NCBI GenBank assembly: GCA_947589745.1
Contig: CANQCS010000001.1
Location: forward strand, 57,613 to 121,612
Direction of reading: 5' to 3'
DNA from: an uncultured Oscillospiraceae bacterium
GTDB lineage: Bacteria; Bacillota; Clostridia; Oscillospirales; Oscillospiraceae
DNA: 64,000 nt
Each line of letters starts with the position of its first letter. Within the stretch, counting starts at the first letter, position 1. A model generated the notes under the pieces. The model worked only from the letters and a program-made list of their open reading frames with translations. It was not told the origin of the DNA and did not search any database. Of this stretch, positions 14,500 to 26,083 are shown one piece after another. The position numbers were made by a program, and so were the translations under genes.

Positions 14500-15774
14500 T
14501 CAATATTTCCAATCCGCCGGGGCGGACGAATACCCATCCGCGGAGTCCACATTCACCCACTCATGGGTTGCCTCCAAATACTGCACCCCGCCCTGGGCGT
14601 AGACCCGCTCCCGGCCGTACTGGTCCGTCAGGACCACCACCTCCTGGTAGAGGGGGCCGTGCTCCAGCGTCGTCTCCGGCCGCTGGAAGTACGACCGCTC
14701 CGCGGGCGTACCGTTGAGGATGATGGTATCCGTGGCGGTCTCATACCATGTCACCAGCACCTGATCCTTGAAAAGCCCCATGCGGACCTGGGCGCCGTCC
14801 AGATCGATGAGCGGATCGATGAGCGCGCCGGAGAGATCGATGAAGTTGCCGCTCGCGTCCCTTATCCTGTACTCCATCTTTTCCGCCTTGAGCGTGTCGC
14901 CGGTGATGTCGGCAATGGACGCGCCGAAGGGGATGTGGATGAAGGGGAAGGAGCCCATGTAGAGCCCGGTCCACTGGTCCAGCAGCTGGGTCTGCCGCCG
15001 CCCGTCGGGGGTCAGGAGGGCGATGGAGAACTGAATGTCGTCGGTGAGGGGACAGTCCGCCTCCAGGGTGAAGGCGTGGCCCGGTCCCGGCGCCACCGGG
15101 AAGTCCTGGGTCTCGCCGTCGCTGACGACGGTGAAGACGGCGGTCATGCCGTCCTCGTAGGTCTTGGGCACCGCCCGGAGGGAGAAGGTGATGGTGTTTG
15201 CGGAGAGGTCCGTCTCCTTCTCCTCACAGCTCCAGTCCGCCAGCAGGGACGCCTGCTGCTCCAGGATGGACTGGACCTGGCCGGTGATGGACCCGATCTG
15301 GTTAGAGACGGAGGTCTGGAGGCCCATCATGGACGAGTTGAGGTTGGCATACTGCGACTGGAGATCCCCCAGCCGGTCGGAGAGGAACCCGAAGCCGAAG
15401 ACGATGGCCGCGCCGGCCAGCCCCGCCAGCACAAGGGGCCAGCGGCGGCGTCTGGGCGGGGCTGTAGGTTCCGGCGCTTCGGGCACGGGGATGGCCGCGA
15501 TGTAGCGGTCCGCGATCTCCTGGACCATCGTGAGCTGCTGCTCGGTCAGCTCACCGCTGTCCGCCGCGGCGGACTCCTCCTCTACTCCTAAAAGCCAACC
15601 AACGGGCACGGAGAAGAGCTTGCTCAAGTTCACCAGCTTGTCGATCTCGGGCAGGGTCTGGTCTGACTCCCATTTGTAGATGGCCTGGCGGGAGACCCCC
15701 AGGCGGTCGCCCAGGTTCTCCTGGCTCAGGCCCAATTCCTTGCGCTTCTGCGCGATGCGTTGTCCGACGGTCAT
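14500..15774 (-). CDS. membrane-anchored XRE-family transcriptional regulator with extracytoplasmic domain
   Basis: 424 aa. N-terminal HTH_3 (MTVGQRIAQKRKELGLSQENLGDRLGVSRQAIYKWESDQ), a Pro-rich linker, one TM segment (WPLVLAGLAGAAIVFGFGFL), then about 300 aa with no motif I recognise. Confidence 0.75.
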   Translation of the reverse strand: MTVGQRIAQKRKELGLSQENLGDRLGVSRQAIYKWESDQTLPEIDKLVNLSKLFSVPVGWLLGVEEESAAADSGELTEQQLTMVQEIADRYIAAIPVPEAPEPTAPPRRRRWPLVLAGLAGAAIVFGFGFLSDRLGDLQSQYANLNSSMMGLQTSVSNQIGSITGQVQSILEQQASLLADWSCEEKETDLSANTITFSLRAVPKTYEDGMTAVFTVVSDGETQDFPVAPGPGHAFTLEADCPLTDDIQFSIALLTPDGRRQTQLLDQWTGLYMGSFPFIHIPFGASIADITGDTLKAEKMEYRIRDASGNFIDLSGALIDPLIDLDGAQVRMGLFKDQVLVTWYETATDTIILNGTPAERSYFQRPETTLEHGPLYQEVVVLTDQYGRERVYAQGGVQYLEATHEWVNVDSADGYSSAPADWKY

Positions 15775-15960
15775 GTCTGCCGCCTCCTTTCAGTCCCCAC
15801 CATACCAGAAAAAGTGGGGAAGGACCACCAACCGGCGGGTCGTTTTTTGTCAACCGGGGGTTTACATCCCCGTTTTTCTTTAAAAAGTAGGGGCAGGCCG
15901 GAAAAATCCCCGCGTCCGGCCTGACGGCCGGCGCGGGGATCTTCGCGGTCAGGCAGCGGC

Positions 15961-16728
15961 TCAGGGCTGGACCCTGGGATTGTAGTACCGGCCGTTGTTC
16001 TCGCCGGCCTTCTTCCAGTGGATGGCCTCCGCGGGGCAGCGGTGCAGGCAGGCCAGACACCGCACGCACTGCTTTTTGGTCCACACCGGCTTGCCGTCGG
16101 TGATGGTGATGGCGGCGCAGGGGCACAGCTCCTGGCACAGCCCGCAGCTGATGCAGGCGTCCGTCACCACGAAGGGCTTGGTGGAGCGCCCGTGGGCGTA
16201 CAGGGGATAGAGCGACGCGGTCATGGCGCCGGGAGTCATGCCCTGGCAGCGGTTGTAGTCGCCGATGCCCTTGGAGCGGATGGCCCGGCTGGCCTCGTCG
16301 ATATACTCCTCGGCCTCGTCCAGCTTCCGGTCCATGGCCTCCCGGTCCGCCAGTTTGCCCAGGGGCACGTAGTTGTCCACCATGGGGACGCCGAACTGGG
16401 CCGAGAGGGTGACCCCCTTGGCCTTCAGCAGCTTGGCCATCTGACCCGCCGCGTCGCCGGTGCTGGCGCCGCAGGTGAGGACCAGGTACACGTACTGGTC
16501 CTTGTACCCCGTCAGGGTCAGCTTCTCCAGGAAGAAGTGCAGGATGCTGGGCAGGCCGAAGAAGTAGGTGGGCGACACGAAGCCGATGCGGCTCTCGTAG
16601 CTCACGTCATACTGGTAGCTGCGGCTGCGGATGGCGTCCCGCAGATAGACCAGGTGGTCGTCAGTGGCGGCGGCGATGCGCTCGGCCACGTATTTGCTGT
16701 TTCCTGTTGCGGAAAAATAAAAAATCAT
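15961..16728 (-). CDS. EFR1-family ferredoxin (flavodoxin-like domain plus 2x[4Fe-4S] domain)
   Basis: ORF trimmed to ATG 16728 (MIFYFSATGNSKYVAERIA, flavodoxin-like). C-terminal CISCGLCQELCP and CVRCLACLHRCP. Confidence 0.75.
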   Translation of the reverse strand: MIFYFSATGNSKYVAERIAAATDDHLVYLRDAIRSRSYQYDVSYESRIGFVSPTYFFGLPSILHFFLEKLTLTGYKDQYVYLVLTCGASTGDAAGQMAKLLKAKGVTLSAQFGVPMVDNYVPLGKLADREAMDRKLDEAEEYIDEASRAIRSKGIGDYNRCQGMTPGAMTASLYPLYAHGRSTKPFVVTDACISCGLCQELCPCAAITITDGKPVWTKKQCVRCLACLHRCPAEAIHWKKAGENNGRYYNPRVQP

Positions 16729-16844
16729 GTGCAGGTCCCCCCTCACGGCATCGTGGTACAGCTGTCATCATATATGACCATGGTTGGATTGTCCAGAAAA
16801 ATTTGCGATTTTACAGGAAATTGAAAAAGGAAATCACCGGCAGC

Positions 16845-17771
16845 TCACACGCCCCACAGGTTCTCCGGGTACAGGCCCTGCTCCGTCTTCTCCCGCAGAG
16901 CCCGGACCACCGTGGGTTTGTCCGCCTTGTAGGTGACGCCGAACCACTTGTCGGGGCTGTGCAGCATCCGCACCTGCGCCTTGCCCTCATTCAGGAGGGC
17001 GCTGACCACCAGGGGCAGGAAATACTCGCCCTTCTCCGGGTTCTCCGCCAGGGTCCTGTCCAGGAAGGCGGGGAACCGGGCCCACGCCTCGTCCACAAAG
17101 CTCCGCTGGAACCCCCAGAAGTTCATGGATACCGGCGTTCCGCCATCCAGCGGCTGCCAGGTCTGGCCGCCGTCGGTGCTGAAGCGGGCGCCGTCGCCGT
17201 CTTTCTCGATGCAGGTGCGCTCCACCACTTCCTTCAGGAAGCCGCCGCCGTCCACCTCGCACACGCCCCGGGCCACGCTGCCGTTTTCCGTGACGGTGTT
17301 GCCCACCCGGTAGCCCACCATGGCGTACTGATACTTCTCCGGTCCGTCGGCGTGGGCGGACAGGTAGTCGTACATGACCCGGAAGGCCTCCGGGCCGTAG
17401 TAGTCGTCGGCGTTGATGACCGCAAAGGGCCCCCGGATCAGGTCCCTGGCCGCCAACACCGCGTGGCTGGTGCCCCAGGGCTTCTTCCGGCCCTCCGGCA
17501 CGGCGTAGCCCTCCGGCAGGTCGTCCAGCTCCTGGTAGGCGTACTGCACCTGGATGCCCCGGCTGATGCGCTCACCCACCAGGGCCTTGAAGTCCGCCTC
17601 CAGCGCGTGCTTGATCACGAAGATCACGGACGCGAAGCCCGCCCGCCGGGCGTCATAGATCGAATAGTCAATGATGCTCTGTCCATGGCCGCCCACGCTG
17701 TCCATCTGCTTGAGCCCGCCGTACCGGCTGCCCATCCCGGCAGCCAACACCACCAAAACAGGTTTTGCCAT
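16845..17771 (-). CDS. sugar-phosphate nucleotidyltransferase family protein
   Basis: ORF trimmed to ATG 17771 (MAKPVLVVLAAGMGSRYGGLKQ, the NTP_transferase G-rich loop) with GGAGGAAAA upstream. Confidence 0.7.
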   Translation of the reverse strand: MAKPVLVVLAAGMGSRYGGLKQMDSVGGHGQSIIDYSIYDARRAGFASVIFVIKHALEADFKALVGERISRGIQVQYAYQELDDLPEGYAVPEGRKKPWGTSHAVLAARDLIRGPFAVINADDYYGPEAFRVMYDYLSAHADGPEKYQYAMVGYRVGNTVTENGSVARGVCEVDGGGFLKEVVERTCIEKDGDGARFSTDGGQTWQPLDGGTPVSMNFWGFQRSFVDEAWARFPAFLDRTLAENPEKGEYFLPLVVSALLNEGKAQVRMLHSPDKWFGVTYKADKPTVVRALREKTEQGLYPENLWGV

Positions 17772-17941
17772 CGTCGTTTTCCTCCGCTCGATATTCGCCG
17801 GGGAATGTCTCCAGCACTCCCCGGACACTACCAGAATATCACAAAAGTAAGAAAATGTAAACCGGAAATCAGGGGGCCGGACAAAAAGAGAGGCAGTCCC
17901 CAGCATAGGGGGCTGCCTCTCCCGTCCCGGTCCGTCAGGGG

Positions 17942-18484
17942 TCAGGATTCCATATGCTTGCCCAGGAAAGCAGCGATGGTCTGGGCCAGCTTGTACTCGG
18001 TCTCGCCGGTGACCTGGGGCTCGCCGTCCTCCACGAACAGCACCAGCCCCAGCACATCCCCCTCGGAGATGATGGGGGCGGCCACGGACACGCAGTATTT
18101 ATCGCCGGACTCGGTGACGAAGACGCGGCGCTCGTCACCGGCGTGCTGATAGATCTTGCGGTCCTCCATGATCTGCTCCAGCTGCTGGCTGAGGGGCTTG
18201 CCCAGCAGGTCCCGCTTGCCGCCGCCGGCTACGGCGATGACGGTGTCGCGGTCCGTGACGGCGGAGATGGCGCCGCAGCTCTTGGAGAGAGTCTCGCAGA
18301 ATTGGGCGGCAAAGTCGTCTAGGCCGCCAATGAGGGAATACTTCTTGAAGATGACTTCGCCGTCCCGGCTGGTGTAGATCTCCAGCGGGTCGCCCTCCCG
18401 GATACGCATGGTCCGCCGGATCTCCTTGGGGATCACCACCCGCCCCAGATCGTCGATACGGCGCACGATTCCAGTCGCTTTCAT
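17942..18484 (-). CDS. spoVT: stage V sporulation protein T (AbrB-family regulator)
   Basis: 180 aa. MKATGIVRRIDDLGRVVIPKEIRRTMRIREGDPLEIY is the SpoVT/AbrB swapped-hairpin N-terminus, followed by a GAF-like C-terminal domain of the right length. Confidence 0.9.
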   Translation of the reverse strand: MKATGIVRRIDDLGRVVIPKEIRRTMRIREGDPLEIYTSRDGEVIFKKYSLIGGLDDFAAQFCETLSKSCGAISAVTDRDTVIAVAGGGKRDLLGKPLSQQLEQIMEDRKIYQHAGDERRVFVTESGDKYCVSVAAPIISEGDVLGLVLFVEDGEPQVTGETEYKLAQTIAAFLGKHMES

Positions 18485-18641
18485 TTCTCCATTCCTCCTG
18501 TGTTTTTCTTGGAAAACATGGATAGTATCCGCAAATATTGGGAAGGTATGCGGAGAACTGGCTGGATTTGTTTGCCTGCCCGGTCTGGGGCGAAATCCGA
18601 TGGAGGAAAGCGCTTATCATACATGATTCGTTGCCGATATC

Positions 18642-18674
18642 AAAAAACTCCCGCCGAAAGGCGGGAGTTTTTTT
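18642..18674. terminator. bidirectional intrinsic terminator
   Basis: AAAAAA-CTCCCGCC-GAAA-GGCGGGAG-TTTTTTT, just downstream of the minus-strand ferredoxin gene. Confidence 0.8.
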
Positions 18675-18690
18675 GAGGGCTATGTAGGGA

Positions 18691-18861
18691 TTACTCAGCC
18701 TCAATGGCGTCGGCGGGGCAGTTGGCAGCGCAGGCGCCGCAGTCCACGCAGACATCGGGGTCGATAACGTACTGGGTATCGCCCTGGGAAATCGCCTCAA
18801 CGGGGCAGTTCTCAGCGCAGGTGCCGCAGCTGACGCAAGCGTCGGTGATCTTGTGAGCCAT
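18691..18861 (-). CDS. 2x[4Fe-4S] clostridial-type ferredoxin (56 aa)
   Basis: ORF trimmed to ATG 18861 (MAHKITDACVSCGTCAENCPVEAISQGDTQYVIDPDVCVDCGACAANCPADAIEAE). AGGAGG upstream. Confidence 0.9.
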   Translation of the reverse strand: MAHKITDACVSCGTCAENCPVEAISQGDTQYVIDPDVCVDCGACAANCPADAIEAE

Positions 18862-19013
18862 ATCTGTGTTACCTCCTAAAAGTTTGGTGCGTCTCCATTG
18901 TAACATGAACTGTAAAAAAAGCAAGGGGTAATTCTTGTCCTTGGGGGAGAAATGTGTAAAAAATCCCGCCGGGGGAATACTGGTGAGAGAAAACGCGTAA
19001 GGACGGTGGGACC

Positions 19014-21470
<2,457 letters not shown>

Positions 21471-21496
21471 AATATTCGTATATCGGACTGGGTGGT

Positions 21497-22165
21497 GAGG
21501 GGCTTCCAGCCCCTCGGGGGATGGTAGGGACCTTCGGTCCCTGCTGACCCTGGGTTACTTTTTGTGCAAACAAAAAGTAACCAAAAAGTTGCTTAAGGGG
21601 CTGGGGCCCCTTAAGAATCCCCGGGGAGAACGTTAAGGGCAGATGGATGTTGGGACTAGGGGCCAGGGAAAGCATTCATCGGGGGTGCTGTTTTGTTTTT
21701 CCGTATTCTTACTGCTGGTTGCTCCGTTCCACTACGCAATTGATGGATGGTTCTTGTCGGGCCGTATACGGAAATCTGTCCTGTACGTAGTGGAACGGAG
21801 CAGGACGCAGTACGTCCCAAACCGTATATGGAAATGTATCAATTGCGTAGTGGAACGGAGCAACCAGCAGTCGGACAACGTAAAAAACGACCAACGCACC
21901 CAATGGGTCCCTGCACCAGCGCTTCAATCCCCTTGGGGACATACTTCCTGTAGCCGCAACGCCTCATACACGGGAGCAAGAACAGTTTAGACCAAACCAA
22001 CCAAAGGGCGAGCGCAAAACCAAACAAAAAAATAAGGAAAGATTTTTAAGAAAACCATTCCTGGTTTTCTTAAATGCCCTTTTGGTCACTTTTCCGGCAA
22101 GGGAAAAGTGACCCAGGGGCGCATCCCTCGGGGTGCAGAGCAGACCTGGTGGGGGCGGAGCCCCC
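21497..22165 (+). repeat. interspersed noncoding element, copy B
   Basis: Same element as 13754-14424, in the same orientation. Starts about 26 nt after the clpC stop and ends about 35 nt before the next ATG. Confidence 0.85.
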
Positions 22166-22200
22166 TCCGCACATGACCGGAATAGAAAGGAGCGTTTTTT

Positions 22201-23955
22201 ATGGCATTCTCAGGAACCGACGCCGGAGGCTTCAAATGGGACGGTTTCGACAGCGGCGCCCCGTCGCAGCCGCAGCAGCCCCAGCAGCCGCCGCGCAAGC
22301 AGCCAAAGACCAGAAAGCCCCGGAAGGAAATCAAAAGCCCTGTGGCCAGAATCTTCATCAACCTGGCCGTCACCCTGGTGGTGGGCCTCGTCTACTTCTA
22401 TCTGGAGTTGCCCGCCATCACCATCAAGTCCCCCGACTTCTACGCCTTCGCCCTGCTGCTGTGCGCGGTGTACTGCATCTGCGCCGTCATCACCTCCGGC
22501 TTCCAGGGGCAGGGCCTTGGCCACTACTTCAAGTTCCTGCGGAAACAGTGCACCATCCCTTTCTTCCTGGCGGTGCTCCTGCTGGCCACCGCCCTGGTGG
22601 GCACTCTGGTGGGCTCTGTCATCTTCCGCGCCAAGAGCTACTCCCAGCTCCTGCCCTTTGAGCAGGGCGACTTCGCCGCCGAGGTGACGGAGATCTCCTA
22701 CAACCAGATCCCCATGCTGGACCGGGACTCCGCCGAGCGGCTGGGCGACCGGCAGCTGGGCCAGCTCAGCGATATGGTCAGCCAGTTTGAGGTGGTGGAC
22801 GACTACACCCAGATCAACTACAAGGGCCGCCCCGTCCGCATCGCCACCCTCATGTACGCCGACCTGGTCCGCTGGTTCACCAACCGCTCCAAGGGCCTGC
22901 CCGCCTATATCCTGGTGGATATGGTGACCCAGAGCGCCGAGCTGGTGCGCCTGCCCGAGGGACAGGGCATCAAGTACACCACCGCCGAGCACCTGGGCCG
23001 CAACCTCTACCGGCATCTGCGTTTCCACTACCCCACCTACATGTTCGCCCAGCCGGTGATGGAGATTAACGACGAGGGCACCCCCTTCTGGATCTGTCCC
23101 CGGGTGGTCCGGAGGATCGGCCTCTTCGGCGGCGTGGACGTCAGCGGCGCGGTGCTGGTCAACGCGATCACCGGCGAGTGCGAGTACTATGAGGAGGTCC
23201 CCTCCTGGGTGGACAACCTGTACTCCGCCAACCTCATCATCCAGCAGTACGACTACTACGGCATGTACCACAACGGTTTCATCAACTCCATCTTCGGCCA
23301 GCGGGACGTGACCGTCACCACCGACGGCTACAACTACATCGCCCTCAACGACGACGTGTACGTCTACACCGGCGTCACCTCCACCGGCGGCGACCAGTCC
23401 AACATCGGCTTCATCCTCACCAACCAGCGGACCAAGGAGACCCGCTTCTACACCTGCGCCGGCGCCACGGAGTACTCCGCTATGGCCAGCGCCAACGGCG
23501 AGCTCCAGAACCTCCGCTACAACGCCACCTTCCCCCTGCTGCTGAACGTGGGCGGCCAGCCCACCTACTTCATGGCCATGAAGGACGCCGCCGAGCTGGT
23601 GAAGAAGTACGCCATGGTCAACGTCCAGCAGTACACCATCGTGGCCACCGGCGACACCGTGGCCGAGTGCGAGCAGAACTATCTGGCCATGCTCGGCCAG
23701 CACGGCATCGTGGACGGCAGCGCCGGGCTCTCCGGCACCGAGACCATCGACGGCGCGGTGTCCGATATCCGCTCCGCTGTGCTGAACGGCAACAGCTGGT
23801 ACTATATCAAGCTCATCGGCGGCGACGTGTACTACACCATCAGCGCCTCCGATGCGCCCCTGGCGGTCATCCTCAGCGAGGGCGACCAGGTCACCGTCAC
23901 CTACCAGCCCGGCGAGGGCAGCATCCTCACGGCGGTGGACGTGACGTTGCGGTAA
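22201..23955 (+). CDS. hypothetical polytopic membrane protein with large extracytoplasmic domain
   Basis: 584 aa, with AAAGGAG upstream. It has a Q/P-rich N-terminus, about 4 predicted TM helices (INLAVTLVVGLVYFYL, FALLLCAVYCICAVI, IPFFLAVLLLATALVGTLVGSVIF), then about 430 aa of soluble domain. No family recognised. Confidence 0.6.
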   Translation: MAFSGTDAGGFKWDGFDSGAPSQPQQPQQPPRKQPKTRKPRKEIKSPVARIFINLAVTLVVGLVYFYLELPAITIKSPDFYAFALLLCAVYCICAVITSGFQGQGLGHYFKFLRKQCTIPFFLAVLLLATALVGTLVGSVIFRAKSYSQLLPFEQGDFAAEVTEISYNQIPMLDRDSAERLGDRQLGQLSDMVSQFEVVDDYTQINYKGRPVRIATLMYADLVRWFTNRSKGLPAYILVDMVTQSAELVRLPEGQGIKYTTAEHLGRNLYRHLRFHYPTYMFAQPVMEINDEGTPFWICPRVVRRIGLFGGVDVSGAVLVNAITGECEYYEEVPSWVDNLYSANLIIQQYDYYGMYHNGFINSIFGQRDVTVTTDGYNYIALNDDVYVYTGVTSTGGDQSNIGFILTNQRTKETRFYTCAGATEYSAMASANGELQNLRYNATFPLLLNVGGQPTYFMAMKDAAELVKKYAMVNVQQYTIVATGDTVAECEQNYLAMLGQHGIVDGSAGLSGTETIDGAVSDIRSAVLNGNSWYYIKLIGGDVYYTISASDAPLAVILSEGDQVTVTYQPGEGSILTAVDVTLR

Positions 23956-24029
23956 TGCGGTAGTACTGTCATATAGGCGTTTTCTTTGCCGGGCTTGATG
24001 TAAAAGCCGGATCATGGAGGGAATACGGT

Positions 24030-24755
24030 ATGAAGAATAGAAAGAAACTCTTGATCCCCGCCTGCGTCGCGGTGGTCATCGCCTGCGCCATTGGTGCGTT
24101 CCTCCTGACGCGAGACAGCAACTCCGGATCTGCTGTGCTGGAGGGGTTCGTGGACAACGGGCTGGGGGAACTCTATTCCCAGGGCGTACCGGTGGACGAG
24201 ATGGATCTCCTCACCTTTGGCAAGTATTTCGGCAAGATGTATCCCCTTCCCGACGACGGCCTGCGCTATGTGAAGACCGTCGCCCTGCCCTGCGATGTGC
24301 ATTACTATGCCCACCCGGGGGATTGGTGGCCAGTGTTGACGCTGAAAAAGGGCCAGGAGGTCTATGTGCTGTCGGCCAACGGCTGGCTGGATGATTTCGT
24401 CGATAACTATGATGTCGGCTACGGCCCCAGGTGCTGGCCGGACTATCGGAAGGGATGGCGGTACGGGCAGCCCTTCGCCACAGATGACAGCCATGTGGAC
24501 GCCTGGTTCAGCGAAGATCCCGCTCCGAAGTATTATGTGAAGACCGAGGAGCTGGAGGCGGTGGTGGGCGCGTTCTATGACGTGAACGAGGAGATCGTCC
24601 TGAAGAAGACCGAATGGTTCGACATGCTCTCTAAAGATTTCGCGGAGTGCCCCTATGAGGAGCCCTCACGGGAGCGGTTCGTGTGGTGTGTCACGCGCTA
24701 TATCGACGAGCGCTTGTTCCAGGGGGGCGCGTTCTGCTCGAAGGATATGTCGTGA
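24030..24755 (+). CDS. hypothetical signal-anchored protein
   Basis: 241 aa, GGAGGG upstream, N-terminal anchor MKNRKKLLIPACVAVVIACAIGAFLL. W/Y/D-rich body with no recognisable motif. Confidence 0.55.
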   Translation: MKNRKKLLIPACVAVVIACAIGAFLLTRDSNSGSAVLEGFVDNGLGELYSQGVPVDEMDLLTFGKYFGKMYPLPDDGLRYVKTVALPCDVHYYAHPGDWWPVLTLKKGQEVYVLSANGWLDDFVDNYDVGYGPRCWPDYRKGWRYGQPFATDDSHVDAWFSEDPAPKYYVKTEELEAVVGAFYDVNEEIVLKKTEWFDMLSKDFAECPYEEPSRERFVWCVTRYIDERLFQGGAFCSKDMS

Positions 24756-24951
24756 TCCCAGGAAAAAATATTTGTTTTGGCAGTTGGTCGTCCAGCAACT
24801 CCACCCTGTCTAACAGTACACAATGCCCCCGGCCGGATGGCCGGGGGCGTCAGAAGAAAGTCTCATTTGGTTTTGTGGGGACGGCATGACCTCGGTCATG
24901 CCGTCCCTTTTGCGCTTGATGGGCTGTAATCCCCGAAATACAGGGATGCCC

Positions 24952-25494
24952 TCAGATGTTTGCGTTGATCACTTTTACGATCTCAGCGATCTCTATATCG
25001 CCATCCACCAGTATTTCAACGATAGGCGCATATCCGCCCTCGTTGGCGCTGTTCGCCCAATAAATTTCGGCCATTCGCAGGTCCTCTTCCTCCCATATCG
25101 TCCCATCAAAGCATTTACTGGCGTCGCCTATAAAACAGTTTCCGCTGGTCTTTATTTTCGCGATTGCATAGGTCGGACGGCCAAGGCGGACAAAATACTC
25201 GCCCCAGCGCTCGGCCTCCTCATATGTTCGTGAAACATATAGTGAGGCCAGGCGGGAGGGATATTGGGGATACTTCTCTTTTCTGATTTTCTCCAGCGCC
25301 AATTCCCTGAGAGCGACATGTACCTCATGGCTCAAGTCCGCGCCCGCATATTTTTCAGGGTTCAGGTAGATATCCTGTACCACGTACAGCTGGGCATATA
25401 CACGCTGGTAGACTCCGTTGGGGTGCTCACTGTCCAAAATGATATGTTCGCCCTTACGTTTGGGAGTATCAGAGATGACATGATAATAATACAT
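24952..25494 (-). CDS. DUF2441-like hypothetical protein
   Basis: ORF 24952..25506 starts at GTG in the track. I prefer ATG 25494 (MYYYHVISDTPKRKGEHIILD...). Low GC. Last gene of a three-gene minus-strand operon. Family name is from memory and tentative. Confidence 0.55.
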   Translation of the reverse strand: MYYYHVISDTPKRKGEHIILDSEHPNGVYQRVYAQLYVVQDIYLNPEKYAGADLSHEVHVALRELALEKIRKEKYPQYPSRLASLYVSRTYEEAERWGEYFVRLGRPTYAIAKIKTSGNCFIGDASKCFDGTIWEEEDLRMAEIYWANSANEGGYAPIVEILVDGDIEIAEIVKVINANI

Positions 25495-25502
25495 TTTCCC
25501 TC

Positions 25503-25802
25503 TCACAAATGAAATTGAGCGTTGTTTCTCTTCAAAAAGTTGATATCGTTCCCATATTCCTGGGCAAGTCCGGGATCGTTTTGCAGGAACCGGTCATACT
25601 CCGTAGGATCGATCCTTGAAATCTTTACTCTTTCATAGATCGACAGGTTCCATGTATGCTTACATTTTTTGCATCTGAATATAAGCCACACGTCGATCAG
25701 GTTTCCGTTGGCGTTTACTCTGAACTTCCCGGAGTTGATAAATTCCTGTTTCTTCCCACATTTCCCGCAGCGGCGATATACTCTCATAGGGCCCGCACTC
25801 AT
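25503..25802 (-). CDS. DUF1062-like zinc-ribbon protein
   Basis: 99 aa. Two CxxC pairs (RCGKCGKK ... RCKKCKH). The start overlaps the upstream stop in an ATGA arrangement. Family name is from memory and tentative. Confidence 0.55.
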   Translation of the reverse strand: MSAGPMRVYRRCGKCGKKQEFINSGKFRVNANGNLIDVWLIFRCKKCKHTWNLSIYERVKISRIDPTEYDRFLQNDPGLAQEYGNDINFLKRNNAQFHL

Positions 25803-26083
25803 AGGCTCTCTGCGCTACCGGCGTGTGCCGCGGCTCTCAAAATCCTCTGGATGCTCTTTTCGGAAAGGGAATACTCATCCGCAAGGGCTTTTACGCAAAC
25901 GCCGCTGATATGCTTCAGGTAAATTTCGGCATTTCTGCTTTGGTAATATTGCCGTGTCTTTGTCTGGCTGCCCCAGCTCTTTTTCTCCTTACATGGGATG
26001 TATATGCTCCTTCCGCTCACATACTGCTGGATCGCCTTTATCAATTCTTCGGGCAGGATATCCTCTGCTCTGACATAGCTCAT
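25799..26083 (-). CDS. CD3324-family / Mor-like small HTH protein
   Basis: 94 aa. MSYVRAEDILPEELIKAIQQYVSGRSIYIPCKEKKSWGSQTKTRQYYQSRNAEIY...SIQRIL resembles the CD3324 family consensus as I remember it. Confidence 0.6.
   Translation of the reverse strand: MSYVRAEDILPEELIKAIQQYVSGRSIYIPCKEKKSWGSQTKTRQYYQSRNAEIYLKHISGVCVKALADEYSLSEKSIQRILRAAAHAGSAESL

Noticed and set aside
18925-19013. CtsR operator (GGTCAAA-N3-GGTCAAA) upstream of clpC
   Set aside because: No such direct repeat is present in the 90-nt upstream region, and ctsR/mcsA/mcsB are absent from the window.
24825-24935. GC-rich hairpins (GCCCCCGGCC..GGCCGGGGGC, GGGGACGGCATGACC..GGTCATGCCGTCCC) as additional copies of the repeat-element end modules
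   Set aside because: The sequences differ from the element modules apart from being GC-rich palindromes. They are adequately explained as terminators of the convergent 24030..24755 and DUF2441-like genes.
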